In this document: one piece after another, positions 37,055-50,021 of the stretch | Position numbering within the stretch: position 1 is the first letter of the stretch | Layout of the letters: every line of letters starts with the position of its first letter | Made by a program: the position numbers and the translations under genes | Source of the DNA: Octopus sinensis | Lineage: Eukaryota | Assembly (NCBI RefSeq): GCF_006345805.1 | Contig: NC_042997.1 | Location: 62,062,001 to 62,126,000, forward strand | Reading direction: 5' to 3' | Length of the DNA: 64,000 bases | Notes under the pieces: generated by a model | Database searches by the model: none | Told to the model about the DNA's origin: nothing | The model's input: the letters and a program-made list of their open reading frames with translations, nothing else

Positions 37055-37141
37055 TGTATATTTTTGTACATAATTAGGATATCATTATTTAATGAATTTA
37101 TCTGTTGTCAGTTTACTAAAATTACCATAATAGTTAATTTG

Positions 37142-37637
37142 TATTAAAATTATAATGAGGGTGTTGAATGATTACAACACCAGTCTGCTAGAAATAAACC
37201 CCAAATGGTCTATGAACCACTTACATTTTTACTCCACTACACAAGGTTGTAAGCGAGGAAAATAGACAGCGAGGATTTATAAAATAATTTGGATAGTCCC
37301 AAATCTTTCAATTTCACGGTATGAGTTATTAGGCGCTTGGATTATAATTCGTGAGTACGTGCGAATTGCATGTACATTATTTGCGCTTATGGCGGTATGT
37401 ATAATGTATTTTTTATTTATTTAGGTTCGGTATGTCGCCACTGATGATTGGAAAGCGTTTTTAATAACTCATACCGTGAAATCTATAGATGTGGGACTAT
37501 CCAAATGATTTTATAAATCCTCGCTGTTTGTTTTCCTCGCTTACAACCTTGTGTAGTGGTTCACAGACCATTTATAGTCTATTTCTAGCAGATTGGTGTT
37601 ATGATGATAATTCAACACCCTTATTATAATTTTAATA
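37142..37637. mobile_element. Fold-back element with ~180-bp inverted arms and a ~130-bp spacer
   Basis: 37142-37331 aligns to the reverse complement of 37462-37637 apart from a ~19-bp indel; termini TATTAAAATTATAAT / ATTATAATTTTAATA. Confidence 0.88.
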
Positions 37638-37649
37638 TATATATATATA

Positions 37650-38610
37650 TAGGAGTTGTACAAAATAATGGAAACGCCTTAAAATTTCAAATAAATTTAT
37701 TCTAATAACAGCTTGAATTCTACGAGGTATGGACTCGTACAAAGTTTGAATTGTTTCCAAAGGAATTTTGTCCATTATTCAGCTAAAACAGTCTCCGGTT
37801 TTTGTAGTGATGATGGTGGAGGATATCGACTCCTTACTTTTTTTCTAAAATCCACCATAAATGTTCAGCAATATTGAGATCTGGGGACTATGGTGACCAG
37901 ATAAGATGTTCAACTTCACTAGAATGCTCCTCGTGCCATTCAGTAGCAACTTTAGCTATGTGAATTGGTGCATTATAATACTGATAAAATGCTTAAATAG
38001 TCTTGACTATTAATTCTGCCACGAAAGGAAACCATTGGGCCGGCGGACTAATTCTGTAGGTCTTTACTCCACTCCAAACGCTTTGCGATGTTCGCTCTTG
38101 AAAGTAGCGGTTTTCTGATTGCAGCTTCCGGCAAACAGTTTTTGTGGAAACTGGGTTCTCGAGAAGGTCATTAAGCTCTGCATTAATTTTGGGAGCTGTA
38201 CTTTTGTGATCCTTTCTAACAATCCGCGTAAGTGTCCGAAGGTCCCTATATAAATGTTTTAGTTCTCTTCCTGAGATTTGTTTCGACGAGGAGGTTTTTC
38301 CCTCTTCCTCAAAGGCTGTCATTACTTTCGAGAAGTATTTCTTGATATACCAAACATTTTGGCTGTTTTCGTTACGCTAGTGCCTGCCATACGAGCACCA
38401 ACAATTTGACCTCTTTGAAAGTCCGATATGAATTTCAATTACCTTTTTCTGATGATATCTGAAAAGAAATAGCAATTTTAGCAAAACATATTAAGCAACA
38501 CTAATAATAGATCAAAATTAAAAAATAAACAAGCTTTTGACGGTTTTATAGATATTTCAAAATTATGATTCTATGATGCCAGGTGTTTCTATTATTTTGT
38601 CCAACGTCTG
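37650..38610 (-). mobile_element. Decayed Tc1-family transposon
   Basis: TIRs (T)AGGAGTTGTACAAAATAATGGAAACGCC / GGTGTTTCTATTATTTTGTCCAACGTCTG with TA flanks; remnant RTLTRIVRKDHKSTAPKINAELN...VSTKTV and SPDLN motifs. Confidence 0.88.
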
Positions 38611-38974
38611 TATATAACCCCACTCAAGCGCAGCAGGGAACTCCAAAGGGGCACCCGGGGCAAATTGGCCGCCCAACAGGACCCCTACTTTCGGTGACCG
38701 CAGCCACCTCCCCAAGATCTGGTCCCAACGCCCGTGCAGACCAAGTAACTTCTATGCTGAAGTGAAGCCAGCATGTTCTTTGTCTATCTCCTTAACTTCT
38801 TGGAGATTGTAGGTATAATTGTACTAATGTGGCCATCTGTTCTAATTTAATTAAATTCTATGTCTTTGTGCAGCTGAGGATTGCTCTGCATTTTAAATTG
38901 ATGTAATAATTGCATGAAACGATCGTACTGCTTTACGTCTGGATATCCTTGTTGCTTATTTTGATTTATATATA

Positions 38975-39985
38975 TATCACTTTGATCACTTTGACCGACC
39001 AGTCCGTCAGGCGTCCATTTGACACCGCTGGTCACAGCACGCTGTCCACTCCTCTCTGGATCGCACCTTTCTCATCTACGTGATCCCAATCGTCCTCCTG
39101 AAATCGTAATTCCACCGTCGTGGAGGTATTCCGGGTGGTCTTTTCCGCTCACGCGGGTACCACTCGGCAACTGCGTGCGTCCACCGATTATCGGTGAGCC
39201 GGGCGACGTGTCCAGCCCATCTATACTTGCTGCGTGTATACTCTGCGATGACATCTCTCACGCCGGACTTCTTTCTGATGATCTTGTTACTTATGTGCTC
39301 TCTCAACGAGATACCAAGCATTGACCTTTCCATGCCTCTTTGAGCCGTTACCAGTCTTTGCTCTTCTCTCTTTGTGGTAGCCCATGTTTCACTACCATAT
39401 AACATTGCAGGCAGAACTGCACTGTTAATGAGGTTGGCGCGAGTGGTCCTGTCCAACCTTCCCTTGAGCACATCCCTTATGCCATTGAACGCCTTCCATC
39501 CGGCCCTTACTCTCTGTGAGATCTCCTTTTTGACATCCCGGCACATATTTACTTCCTGTCCCAGATAGACATATTCTCTCACCTCCTCTATTTCATCACT
39601 GCCGATCACCATTCGACCTGTTGGTACATTGTCTGACCGCATGAACTTTATTTTCATGCGGTTCATCTTGAGACCTACTGCAGAACTTTTGATGTCGAGC
39701 TCCGTCAGCATGGTCTGAAGCTGATCCATGTTTTCAGCGATGAGTATGATGTCGTCAGCGAAACGGAGGTGAGTGAGGAGCTCGCCATTGATGTTGACAC
39801 CACCTTGCCATTCGATGCCTCTGATGATCTGTTCGAGACATGCAGTGAGAAGTTTTGGGGAGATTGTATCTCCTTGCTTCACTCCCTTCTCGACCGGCAC
39901 TCGTATGGGTGATTACAGTAGAGCTATGTCGGTGGTGCATCCGGAATTTGCTTCTCTGAGCAGCTGCACATATTGCGCTTCGATA
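38975..39985 (-). mobile_element. 5'-truncated RTE-1-type LINE, RT C-terminal half
   Basis: 274-aa ORF KGVKQGDTISPK...LRFADDI...YVYLGQ...WAGHVAR; (CAAAGTGAT)-repeat tail; 5' end abuts the TA tail of the CR1 copy. Confidence 0.95.
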
Positions 39986-39996
39986 TATATATATAT

Positions 39997-42900
39997 TTTT
40001 CTAGTTTCAGCTCAGAGCTGCGGCCATGCTGATGCACCGCCGTTTTGTGCTACACTGTTATTACAACGAACCTCGTCTATGTGGCACTTGGTGAAGAATG
40101 GAGTTTGATATAGCTACCCTCATTTGCACCTTTTGCCGTGAGGTAGGTTCATCTGAGACTCTTGACAGGAAGATGTCCAGCTTTGATTTAAAAACCGCTA
40201 CATCTACTTTGTGCAAGTTCCTCAGACTCTTTGGGAGAATATTAAAAAGCTGTGGGCCCTTGAAACCCAGGCTGTTGCAGAAGCTGGTCCTGAAGCGTGA
40301 TGGCATTGCTGGGATCTTTGGCACTATGCAGTGTCGTCCCGTTCTAGCATTGGTGTAGCTTACAATGCCAAAATTTGGCACAATTCCTTCCTGGATCTTC
40401 CAGACATATATTACTGCATACCTCTCCCGTCTTCTCTCCAGGGAGTAGAGTCTTAGCTGTTTCAACCTTTCCCAGTAGCTGAGCTGTTGCAAAGAGACGA
40501 TCTTCTTTGTGAATCTTCTCTGGATTGCTTCAAGGTCCGCTGTTAATTTTACACTGGTGGGTGACCATAGCTGTGAGCAGTAATCCAGGCGACTGAGGAC
40601 GAATGTCCGCCAGAGGACCATCATGGTTTCCTTAACTCTGGTTCTGAATGTTCTTAGGGTCCACCCAGCCAGTCGTCTGCACTTTGTCGCCATCCTGGTA
40701 ATGTGCACTTGGAAAGAGGTATCATCACTCATGTCGATACCCAGGTCCCTCACAGACTTAGGCTCTGGGATTGAAATTCCCTGTGGTCCGGTGTATCCTG
40801 TAAGTTTAATATTCAGTTTTGGATGCTGGTAGCGCTGGGCCTGGAATTTTTCAGCATTGAACTGCATATTATTATCCTCAGCCGATCTATAAATTGAGTC
40901 CAACTCCTGCTGCAGGTGTGCAACATCGCTGGGGTTCTGTATTTTCTGCGAGACTTTCGTATCGTCTGCATAGCTGGCCAGAGTGGCTATCCGGGCATTT
41001 GAGGGCATATCTGAGAGGGCCACTATAAAAAGCAGTCATCCCAAGACAGTGCCCTGTGGAACACCGCTCACTATTTGTGTGTTCATAGAGGTGGCTCCAT
41101 TAACCACTACTGCCTGATTCCTATCTTTCAGGAAGTCATGCAACCACACTCTAAGTTTTCCAGCTATGCCGAGGTCACGTAGTTTGTGGCATATCATACC
41201 ATGATCCACCTTGTCAAAAGCTTTTGCAAAATCAAGGTAGATTACGTCTACATTTGATTTGTTGAGTAACTGCCTCAACACCCAGTCATAATGCTGTAAG
41301 AGGTGGGTCAGGCAGCTCCTACCTGGTCGAAAACCATGCTGGGTATTACTCAGCAAGTTATTTTCCTCAAGGAATGCGATTAGTTTCTTTCTGACTATCC
41401 GTTCCATGACTTTGCTGATGTGTGAAGTCAGAGAGATAGGCCTATAGTTTTTGGCATCTGCTCTACTTCCCCCTTTATGTATTGGGCATATTATTCCCTC
41501 CTTCAGCTTGCTTAGCAGTTTGCCATTCGCAAGAAAGCTCTGGAAAAGAATCTTGAGGGGTTTTGCCAGGGCATGCTTACACGCTTTGAGGAGGATGACT
41601 GGGAAACCGTCTGGACCAGCAGCTGAGTTTGTGTCCACTTCATCTATGGCTAGTACGACATCTTTTTCGCTAATGTCAATACATTCTATTGTAACCGCCT
41701 CGCTGGTTATAGGTGAGGCGGCAAAGAAGTCCACTGGTTCGTTCACTTGTCTGTGTTCCAACGGGGTGGTAAAGACACTTTTGAACTGGTCATTCAGCAT
41801 CTTACTGATCATAGTTGGACTGTCTGTGAGGGAGCCATCCTTTTGGAGGAGGGGTCCTATCTTGTAGTGCACTGAGACTGTTTCTTTCGCGTAATGAAAG
41901 AAGGCCTTTGGGTTTGATTTAATGTTTTTTATAACCCACGCTTCTTTGTCTGCTTTCTCCTTCACATAGGATTGTTGCAGCCTTTTTTTTTATCTCCATC
42001 AGTGTTGTTTTTAGGTGGTACGTTTCGCTACTTTTGGGATGTTGGTTGAGACGATTTGCAACCTTCGTCGGTCGTCTCATGAAGATCTTCCTCTCCCTTG
42101 GACTCTTGCTCCTACTTGTTTTGGCCTTGTGCTCTGGGACATATTTCTGGCATACGGCTTGCACAGAAGACATGAAACATTCTAGTTTCATGTCAATGTC
42201 TGGTGTGGAGAGACATTCCGGCCAGTCCTCTCTGAGCATCTCTTTTTGGATCGATTTCCAATCTGCTTTGTGGAAGTTCAGATTGGAGAGATTTCGGGTG
42301 CTTCCTTTAGGCTGTATGTCTCTGGTTACTTTCGGCCCAAACATAGACAGCTCTATTATGTTGTGATCCGAAACTGATGTCGGTGTCACTTTCACATCAT
42401 GAATGATGTCCATATTGTTCGTGAAGCAGAGATCCAGAATGTTATTCGCCCTAGTTGGCTTGAGTACAACTTGCTCCATGAATAAGGTATTGGTGAGGTT
42501 GAGCAGGGACTCCACCTGTACTTGCTTGCAATGATTCATTCCTGAGAGTATGTGACCTTCGGGCCATTTGACGCTGGGGATGTTGAAAGCACACATAAGA
42601 AGTATGGTCACGTGGTGTTCCAGATTCATGAGGGTTTCTTTAATTCTTGTGAGGCAATCTTCAAACTTGCCTATGTGATTTGGGGCATCCGATGGGCAAT
42701 ATGTATTGCATATCACTATATTATGTTGTCTTATGTATACAATTAAGGTGTCACATACCGAATTTGAGTATGTCATCAAGACCTGGGGAGTGAGGTCATC
42801 ATGGATGTATACAGCAACTCCACCATGGCTCCTTTCCCTTCTGTCTGTTCGCAGTATGGCATAGTTTGGTATGTGTACTTCTGCGTCCTCTGTATCAGGG

Positions 42901-43500
42901 TTGAGGTGAGTTTCCACAAGTGCTATGCATAGGGCTTGATTGCATGCAGTAAGATCTCTCAGGAAAGAAATTTTGTTTCTATTTTGATGCAACAGGCCCC
43001 CAATATTTAGTAAAAGTATTGGGGTGACGGCTGTGCAGGCGTTAGGGGAGGCCATCCTGTGTCTGTTGACTGTGGTGGTCCTGCATAGTGGTGGACAGGG
43101 TTCCTTCTCTGTGCTTGGTGTAGCCAGGTTAGCTGTCGGACAATTCTTTCCGCCATGCATAAAAAAGACTCTTGTTCAGCTGCTGCGTTGCGCAGAACAT
43201 CTGAGGAGCGCACTTCGTTTTGAAAGTTTTCCTGGGAGACATTTCTTGTGTTCCCTCGGTAAAGTTTTTCTCTTTGAGTCCCCTGAAGTTCTTGCGGGGT
43301 GTCGGGTGGGCGAACCGGCAGTTTTTGCCGTCCTCACCATGCCAACATTTGCCCCGCAGGTAGAACTTACAGGTTCTTCGGTGCCTTCCAGATTTCTTAT
43401 TTCCTGAAGTGTACTGGGTGGCATTGGATATATAATTATTATTATTATAAAAATCAAGAGAGATGGAGGTAAGATTGATATAAATATATTTATACACTGA
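39997..43500 (-). mobile_element. Near-full-length CR1-group LINE (ORF1 remnant with CCCH finger; ORF2 APE endonuclease and RT)
   Basis: EN: LLLNIGGL, ALVETHL, HGGVAVY, LDLCFTN, SDHNII; RT: YRPISLTS, YLDFAKAFDKV, GVPQGTVLG, YADDTK. ORF2 starts ~43055 and is broken by a frameshift near the A-run at ~41990 and an in-frame TGA at 41036-41038. Confidence 0.96.
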
Positions 43501-43516
43501 CAAGACCCATATATCC

Positions 43517-43530
43517 TCATTTGTACTTTA

Positions 43531-43625
<95 letters not shown>

Positions 43626-43629
43626 ATAC

Positions 43630-43706
<77 letters not shown>

Positions 43707-43804
43707 CATATATATACATTTATATATATATATATATACATACATACATACACATATATATATATATATATATGTATGTATATATATATATATATATATG
43801 CATA

Positions 43805-43860
<56 letters not shown>

Positions 43861-43904
43861 TACATACATACATATATACATACATACATACATACATACA
43901 TACA
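43517..43904. repeat. (TA)n/(TACA)n array
   Basis: Directly visible; source of the YI/MYV artefact ORFs. Confidence 0.95.
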
Positions 43905-44130
43905 CGTGTGTCTTTGTGTCTGTGTTTGTCCCTCATCACCGCTTGAAACCTGTACCGGTGTGTTTAGTCCCCATAACCTTGCGCTTCGGCAAAAATGACC
44001 GATAGAAGTACTAGGCTTGAGAGATAAGTCCTTGGGTTGATTTGTTCAACTAAAACCCTTCAAGGCCATGCTCCAGCGTGGGCCGCAGTCAAATGACTAA
44101 AACAAGTAAAAGAACAAAGAATAAAAGAAT
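43905..44130 (+). mobile_element. SINE family A 3' half
   Basis: ccgcagtcaaatgactaaaacaagtaaaagaac tail. Confidence 0.85.
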
Positions 44131-44279
44131 ATACATATGTATATATATTTTCTTCATTTGTGAATTAAGGCTGCCATTGGTTTCACGTTAAGAAGAATAG
44201 GAAAATATCCAAGTATCTTAATTTTTCAAGCCGGTCAGATGGAGAAAGGTGTTCACCTCCATTTTGGAAAGCAATCTCG

Positions 44280-46530
44280 GGATTTATCGTAAATTCGTGT
44301 AAGTGAAAGGAAGAAACAATAAATGAAGGGACGCTTGTCTAGTAGGCATTCTTTTGGAGTTTGTCTCCCTTGGATTTCTCTTTTCGTTGAATTTCTTGAT
44401 TTTTTTGGCATATTTGTATGGTCTTGTTCTGGTCATATTGTTTTGTGCCTGTAAGTTGGGGTTTATTTGTTCTTTGTGTGGAGTTTTGTGGCATTTCTTC
44501 TTTGTTGTGTAAGTTTGTGTGCTATGTGTGTTCACGTATGTGGAGGGGAAATCCTGGTAGAATCACCCTCGTTCGTAGTTACCCACGTTAATAGGGGAGC
44601 TTCTTTAAAATATTTTTGTGTAAAATATTGCTTATATAAGCAGGGAGAGAAGGTTTCATCTCTAATGTTTAAGATGTCGGTTGATTGAATAATATATTAT
44701 TTTTCAGTAATGCAGAGTTCACATTTGGTGCCTCATCCTCGGTATTTTTTTAGCTTTAGCAATGATTTTCCATTCTACCTAGGAGTTTGCTTTTTTTCAA
44801 TGTCCATATTATATTTGATAGGAATGTCGCATGTTCTTTGTTTTTGTCTCTGAATGACGCAAAGTGTTGCGTATACCTTTCCTTGAACGAGTTTCCTATC
44901 ATTCCGATATAAATCTTTGGTATCTGGTTGGGATCCGTGACCTTGGCTTTGTATACGAGTTCCTTCTCGAGAAAGTTGTTTAGAAGGCAGTGATTTGGGG
45001 GATCTGAAGTTGCACTGTCTTTCTGGGGTGTTTCTGGTGTGTTTATGTTTATTGTGATTAAGTATTATTGACCCTATATTGGGGAGGTAACTATAGCTAA
45101 CTTTAAAAGTGTTGCTGTTGAAGATTTTGTGATATTTGTGTGAATATGGGAAGTGGTTGTCTATTAGTTTTAAGAATTTCCTAGCTATATTACTAGCTAC
45201 AGTCATGCTATAAGGCGGATTGAACCATATGATTTTTCTCTATCTGCGTCTTTTTGGTCTATTTGTATTTGGTTCAATGTAGTGTTTGCTATTCTTGAAG
45301 TTGGACCTTTCTAATGCAGTATTATAATGTGGGACGGCTTTTTCTAAAGTGTCTTTGTCGATTGGAGACCCGCTGCTAATGTTATTAGTTATTTGTTTAA
45401 TTACTGCTGCTGGGTGGTTGGAACCTACGTTTATGTTCGAGGCTTCCTCATTTTCTTTGTGGTAAGGCCTAATTTTTCCTGTGTTAAGATTCATGTTAAT
45501 GTTTAGGAAGTTGACTTCATTCAGGTTTGTACAAATTGTAGTTCTTAAGCCTAGTTGTCTAAATATTTTGCATAATTTTTTTCCTTATTCTATCAATATC
45601 ATATCTGTTTTTATTCTGTACTACGCCCAGGCCAACCTATATTAGCTTTTTTTATTTCCTTTTTAAGGACATCTAGTATATAAAGGCATACGAGGTCAGC
45701 TTCCCCGTCATAGCTCCCCATTGTTACGTTAAACAATTCGTCTCCATTCTTTTTTTATACCCAATAGGAGTTATCTCGAAAGAGTAGATTTCCCTGCGTT
45801 CATAATTATGTCAATATCGGTATTTGTTACAATGACGTATGCTTTGCTAAATTCAAGAGCCTTCTGAAGCAAGCTTTTGAAGATCGAATTGTATGAATTT
45901 GCATTTGGGCTTATCTTCTATTTTCTTAAACCATTCAATAGTTGCACTACTGCATATCCATTGGATGAGGTTTGTGTGTGCTCTGATATGTTTTTGTCGT
46001 CTTTCAGAGTTATAAAGGGGTTTCGTGGGATAAACTTTTCTACTTTGTCTTCTATTTTAAACTTTGTGGCTAGATTTTTTGCTTCCATATTAATTGAATT
46101 ATAAGTGGTGGCGTTTGGTTTCTTGTATGCTTTGGTTATGTTGTCGTTTAGTAATTTGTTGTGCGTTTGGTTGTTTACTTCGTAAATATGTTTTGTTTTA
46201 TCTGCCTTAATAAACATGTTCGTCGATGTTTTGAAAGGTTCGATGTATGTCTGTAAAGTGTGTTGGAATTTGTTGGATTTTTGGTTGAATTTTATATTTA
46301 TAACTAACCTTATAAGATCTTCTTCAAATATTTCTAGTCTTTAATATGAGGTGGGTTTTTATAAGATCTGAAGCCATAATTATCCTCTGCATGAGGGCTG
46401 CACGTACCTTTATCGAAAAAATAGGCCTTTTATTTCATTCTCCTCAGAACATTTTTTTGTTTTCTCGATATGATTCTTGATGTATACTTTGCTTGATGGA
46501 ATAAGAATATTTTTCAGTAATGTCATTATT
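44280..46530 (-). mobile_element. Heavily decayed Penelope-like element
   Basis: Remnants FIKADKT...FITLKD, KIRPYHK, WFNPPYSMTVASNIARKFL, KVSYSYLPNI and the GIY-YIG region; many stops and frameshifts. Confidence 0.85.
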
Positions 46531-46584
46531 TCGTGTTTTTCCATGGTTTGTTTTGATATATATATGTATGTATTTATATATATG

Positions 46585-47345
46585 GGTACACCTCAACTTA
46601 CGTCGTTTTGAGTTACTCCTTTTTCGACTTTACATCGGTCTCGGACAACTTACTTAATAGGATAAAAAAATGCTATGGTCCAACGCTGAAGTAGAAAATG
46701 AAATAAAATATGTAGAAATCATTAGGCAAAAGAAATAAAAGACCCAAATAATTTTAAAACTATATATAGCTACAATGTTTACACTGTTTACACGGCTTCA
46801 GGGGTAGTTCCAACATTCCTCTGTGAGGTAGCATAGTAGTTCGCACCAAGAAATTCAAACGTAAGTTTCTGTCTACTGAGTATAAATTTGGGTTTCTTTT
46901 TTTCATACAGCATACCTCCAAAGAAAACTGCAATTTCTTTGGTGATAATATGGCGATGATCAAGCGCTATGAAAAAGGTAGAAAGATTGTAGCAATAGCG
47001 CGTGCTTATGGCTCACGTTGGACGGATGTATTTACAGTTATTCATGACATGGGACTTATTTCAACTCACATCCAATTTACTGCTTCTGGGACGAAGAGTG
47101 CCGTAATCATTAGGAGGAAAAAAAATCATCGAAGAAAAGGAACAGCATCTTTGCCTTTGATTTGAACGGTAGATTCATTAGCGTATCGCTATAATTCAAG
47201 AGAATGCACTTTCGTTGTACAGAGACATTAAGAGTAAGTATTCTAACGACTTACAGAAGATTACAAGGCCAGTTCAGGATGGTTTAAGCGATTGAAGAAA
47301 CAACAAAATTTTCATAATGTTTAGGTTTAAGGTGAGAGTGTATAT
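46585..47345 (+). mobile_element. Tigger/pogo transposon remnant
   Basis: TIR-like start ggtacacctcaacttacg; MIKRYEKGRKIVAIARAYG (psq-type HTH) and KASSGWFKRLKK (CENP-B HTH) remnants. Confidence 0.75.
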
Positions 47346-47409
47346 CAGTGGTCGACTTTCTAGCAACATTAGTAAACATTATTACCAACGTTTTGTATTT
47401 TTCATATAG

Positions 47410-47610
47410 CTAAAGGCAGCAAGACGGTAGAATCGTTAGCACTCCCGGTCAATCATGGTTGGCAGTATTCAGTCTGTCTTTACGTTCCGAGTTCAAATTC
47501 TGTCAAGATCGACTTTTATCCTTTCGGAGTCGATAAATAAAGTACCAGTGAAACACTGGGGTCAATGTAATTGATTAGTCACCTCCCACCAAATTTAAGT
47601 CCTTGTGTCT
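47410..47610 (+). mobile_element. OR2-like CORE SINE
   Basis: aaggcagcaagacggtagaatcgttagcac...gagttcaaattc...gataaataaagtaccagtg. Confidence 0.8.
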
Positions 47611-48139
47611 GAATAAATGATTATTTATAAAACTAATTTTTTTTCCTATACAGACATTTGCTTACCTTAAAAGAAGATTACTCGTTCATTTTTTTGCCCA
47701 CAAATCTGATTTTTGCCTCCAACTGAATCCACTTGATCTCTACATTATTCAATCTTAAGTATTCAAACTTCCTTAATTCCTTCAAACGGCAATTCTACAC
47801 TATTCCTTACATTCCATTCTGCAAATTTTATTCATTCTGATTACATTCTTAATAATTAATTAATCCCTTCCCTTTATATGATGTTTATCAATTTTATATG
47901 ATTCACTTACATAACTTTAACAATTGAGCTATACACAATGACAATGATTTTGCAGAATTCCTTATAAAAAGTCGTATAGCATGATTCTTTATCTTTGAAT
48001 AATAGAATGGATTACAGACAATAGGAAGAGCTCAAAATTGAAGGAACACAATTGTAAAGAATATGGCTAAACGAAAAAACAAAATTATTCTATTCTGATG
48101 ATGTGGTAACAAATATATCTTTTGTCTTTTACTTACTTC

Positions 48140-48320
48140 AGCCATTAGACTACGGCCGTACTGGAGCACTGTCTTGAAAAATTTTAGTCGAACGTATCGA
48201 CTCTAGGGCTTTTTTAAAGGCCTCTTATTCTATCGGCCTCTTTTGCCAAAGCAGTAAGTTACGAGGTCGTAAATACACTGACACTGGTTGTCAAGTGATG
48301 GTGAATGATAAACACACATC
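48140..48320 (-). mobile_element. SINE family A 3' fragment
   Basis: Homology to 30840-31020. Confidence 0.7.
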
Positions 48321-48338
48321 CGTATATAAATATATATA

Positions 48339-48392
<54 letters not shown>

Positions 48393-48396
<4 letters not shown>

Positions 48397-49088
48397 GGCC
48401 CTTTTCGTCTATGCAGACGGTCAATTTAGCGTAAGGGCCACTTAATCGAACATATCAGGGGATCCTTTTCTTGCAGCTTCTTTCACGGCTGATTCTTTCT
48501 ATGATTGAAGCGCAGCTTCTGTCACAGTACTTGCATATCAAGGGGTGGCTCGGCGCTCTGCATTTCTGTTGTTTTCCTTTCGCCGCTGACGCTTCTCAAC
48601 TTCTTTGTTTTGTAGCTGCTCTCTAGCGAAGCAGTTCCTTCCTTCACCACAATCCTCCATGTCCACAGCCCTCTCTTCCCAGGTGCCGACATCCACCTCA
48701 TACTTGGACAAACTAGTTTTACAAGTGTGCTTATACCTCACTTTTGGTCTTCCGCTTGGTCTCTTGCCCCGAGCCAGTTCTCCATAGAACAGTTGTTTGG
48801 GGATTCGCTCCATGATGACATGAAGGCCACCATTCAGTTTGACGGTTTAATATCAGATAGCTCCAACATCAACAGCGGAGTAAAACAAAGTTGTGTTTTA
48901 GCACCAATCCTTTTCAGCATCTACTTTGGTGTGTTGCTGCAGTATGCATTTCAAGAGTCGCCGGAAGATGTCTACGTTTGTTGGAGAACTGATGAGTCAC
49001 TCTTTGATCTTTCTAGACTTCGAGCCAAGACCAAGATCAATAGAGCAACAATAAGAGACTTTCTCTTCGCCGATGATGTTGCTCACAG
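48393..49088. mobile_element. RTE LINE with an inverted 5' segment
   Basis: 48813-48393 on - encodes RIPKQLFYGELARGKRPSGRPK...CKYCDRSC plus 3' tail; 48808-49088 on + encodes HDDMKATIQFDG...GVKQSCVLAPILF...LFADD; TA runs outside both ends. Confidence 0.88.
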
Positions 49089-49149
49089 TGAATTAATTCT
49101 ACAAATATATATATATATATATATTTGTAAAGTTAATTATATATATATA

Positions 49150-49300
49150 TATAAACGATGGGCTTCTTTCAGTTTCAATCTACCAAATCCACTCACAAAG
49201 CTTTGTCCGGCCCAAGCTATAGTAGAAGACATTCTTCCAAGCTTCCACACTGGGGGACTGAACCCAGGGCCATGTGGTTGGGAAGCTAACTTCAGACCAC
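49150..49300 (-). mobile_element. SINE family A 5' fragment
   Basis: Homology to 30650-30795. Confidence 0.8.
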
Positions 49301-50021
49301 ATGTCTGGAATCTCCCGAGATAATAGATGTTTGTAATATGCGTTTTTCTTTTCTCAATTTTTTTTGTAGTATACATTGCGAATTTTCATATTTTAATTGC
49401 ATTATGATGTTTTTATCTAGGTTGCATCCCAGCACATTCTTCTATCTTGCCTCTTGTTATCATTAAAAAATCTGCACTTTCTAATCCAAATTTCCATTCC
49501 AACATCTTTAGTAGGTCTTTCTAGTTTTTGATTTTCATTTTTGGAGAAATACCTTTCTAATCAGAAAATAATTTACTGTCTGTTACAATTCTTAGTATCA
49601 GTTTTAAAAATGTGCAGATTACAAATCTTGGATTAACATTTGTAACCACTTAGTCACAATGACTTAATTCTGTTTTCCGTTTAGTCATACTCTTTACGGT
49701 CAACTTCCTTGTATTTTGTCTCATCTTTACTATCATACCGTGCATCTTTAAGTTTTCTCGTCCCTCAAGTTGCAGTACCTTTGCGTCTATTTAGAAGAAA
49801 CCAAACAAATAGGATAACAACATGAAAAAGGCGTGAAGGCAAAAAGGACAAAAATAGCTCCAATATCCATATTCAAAATGAAAAAAGGTAAATTTCGAGA
49901 ACTTGCTTTCCCCTTGTTATATATTAATCAATTAGGTAGTATTATGTCCACTTAAACGTGGATGTTCTGTAAGAACAAGCTATACTGCGATAGATATCAT
50001 GATGCAAAATGCACTCTTGTT

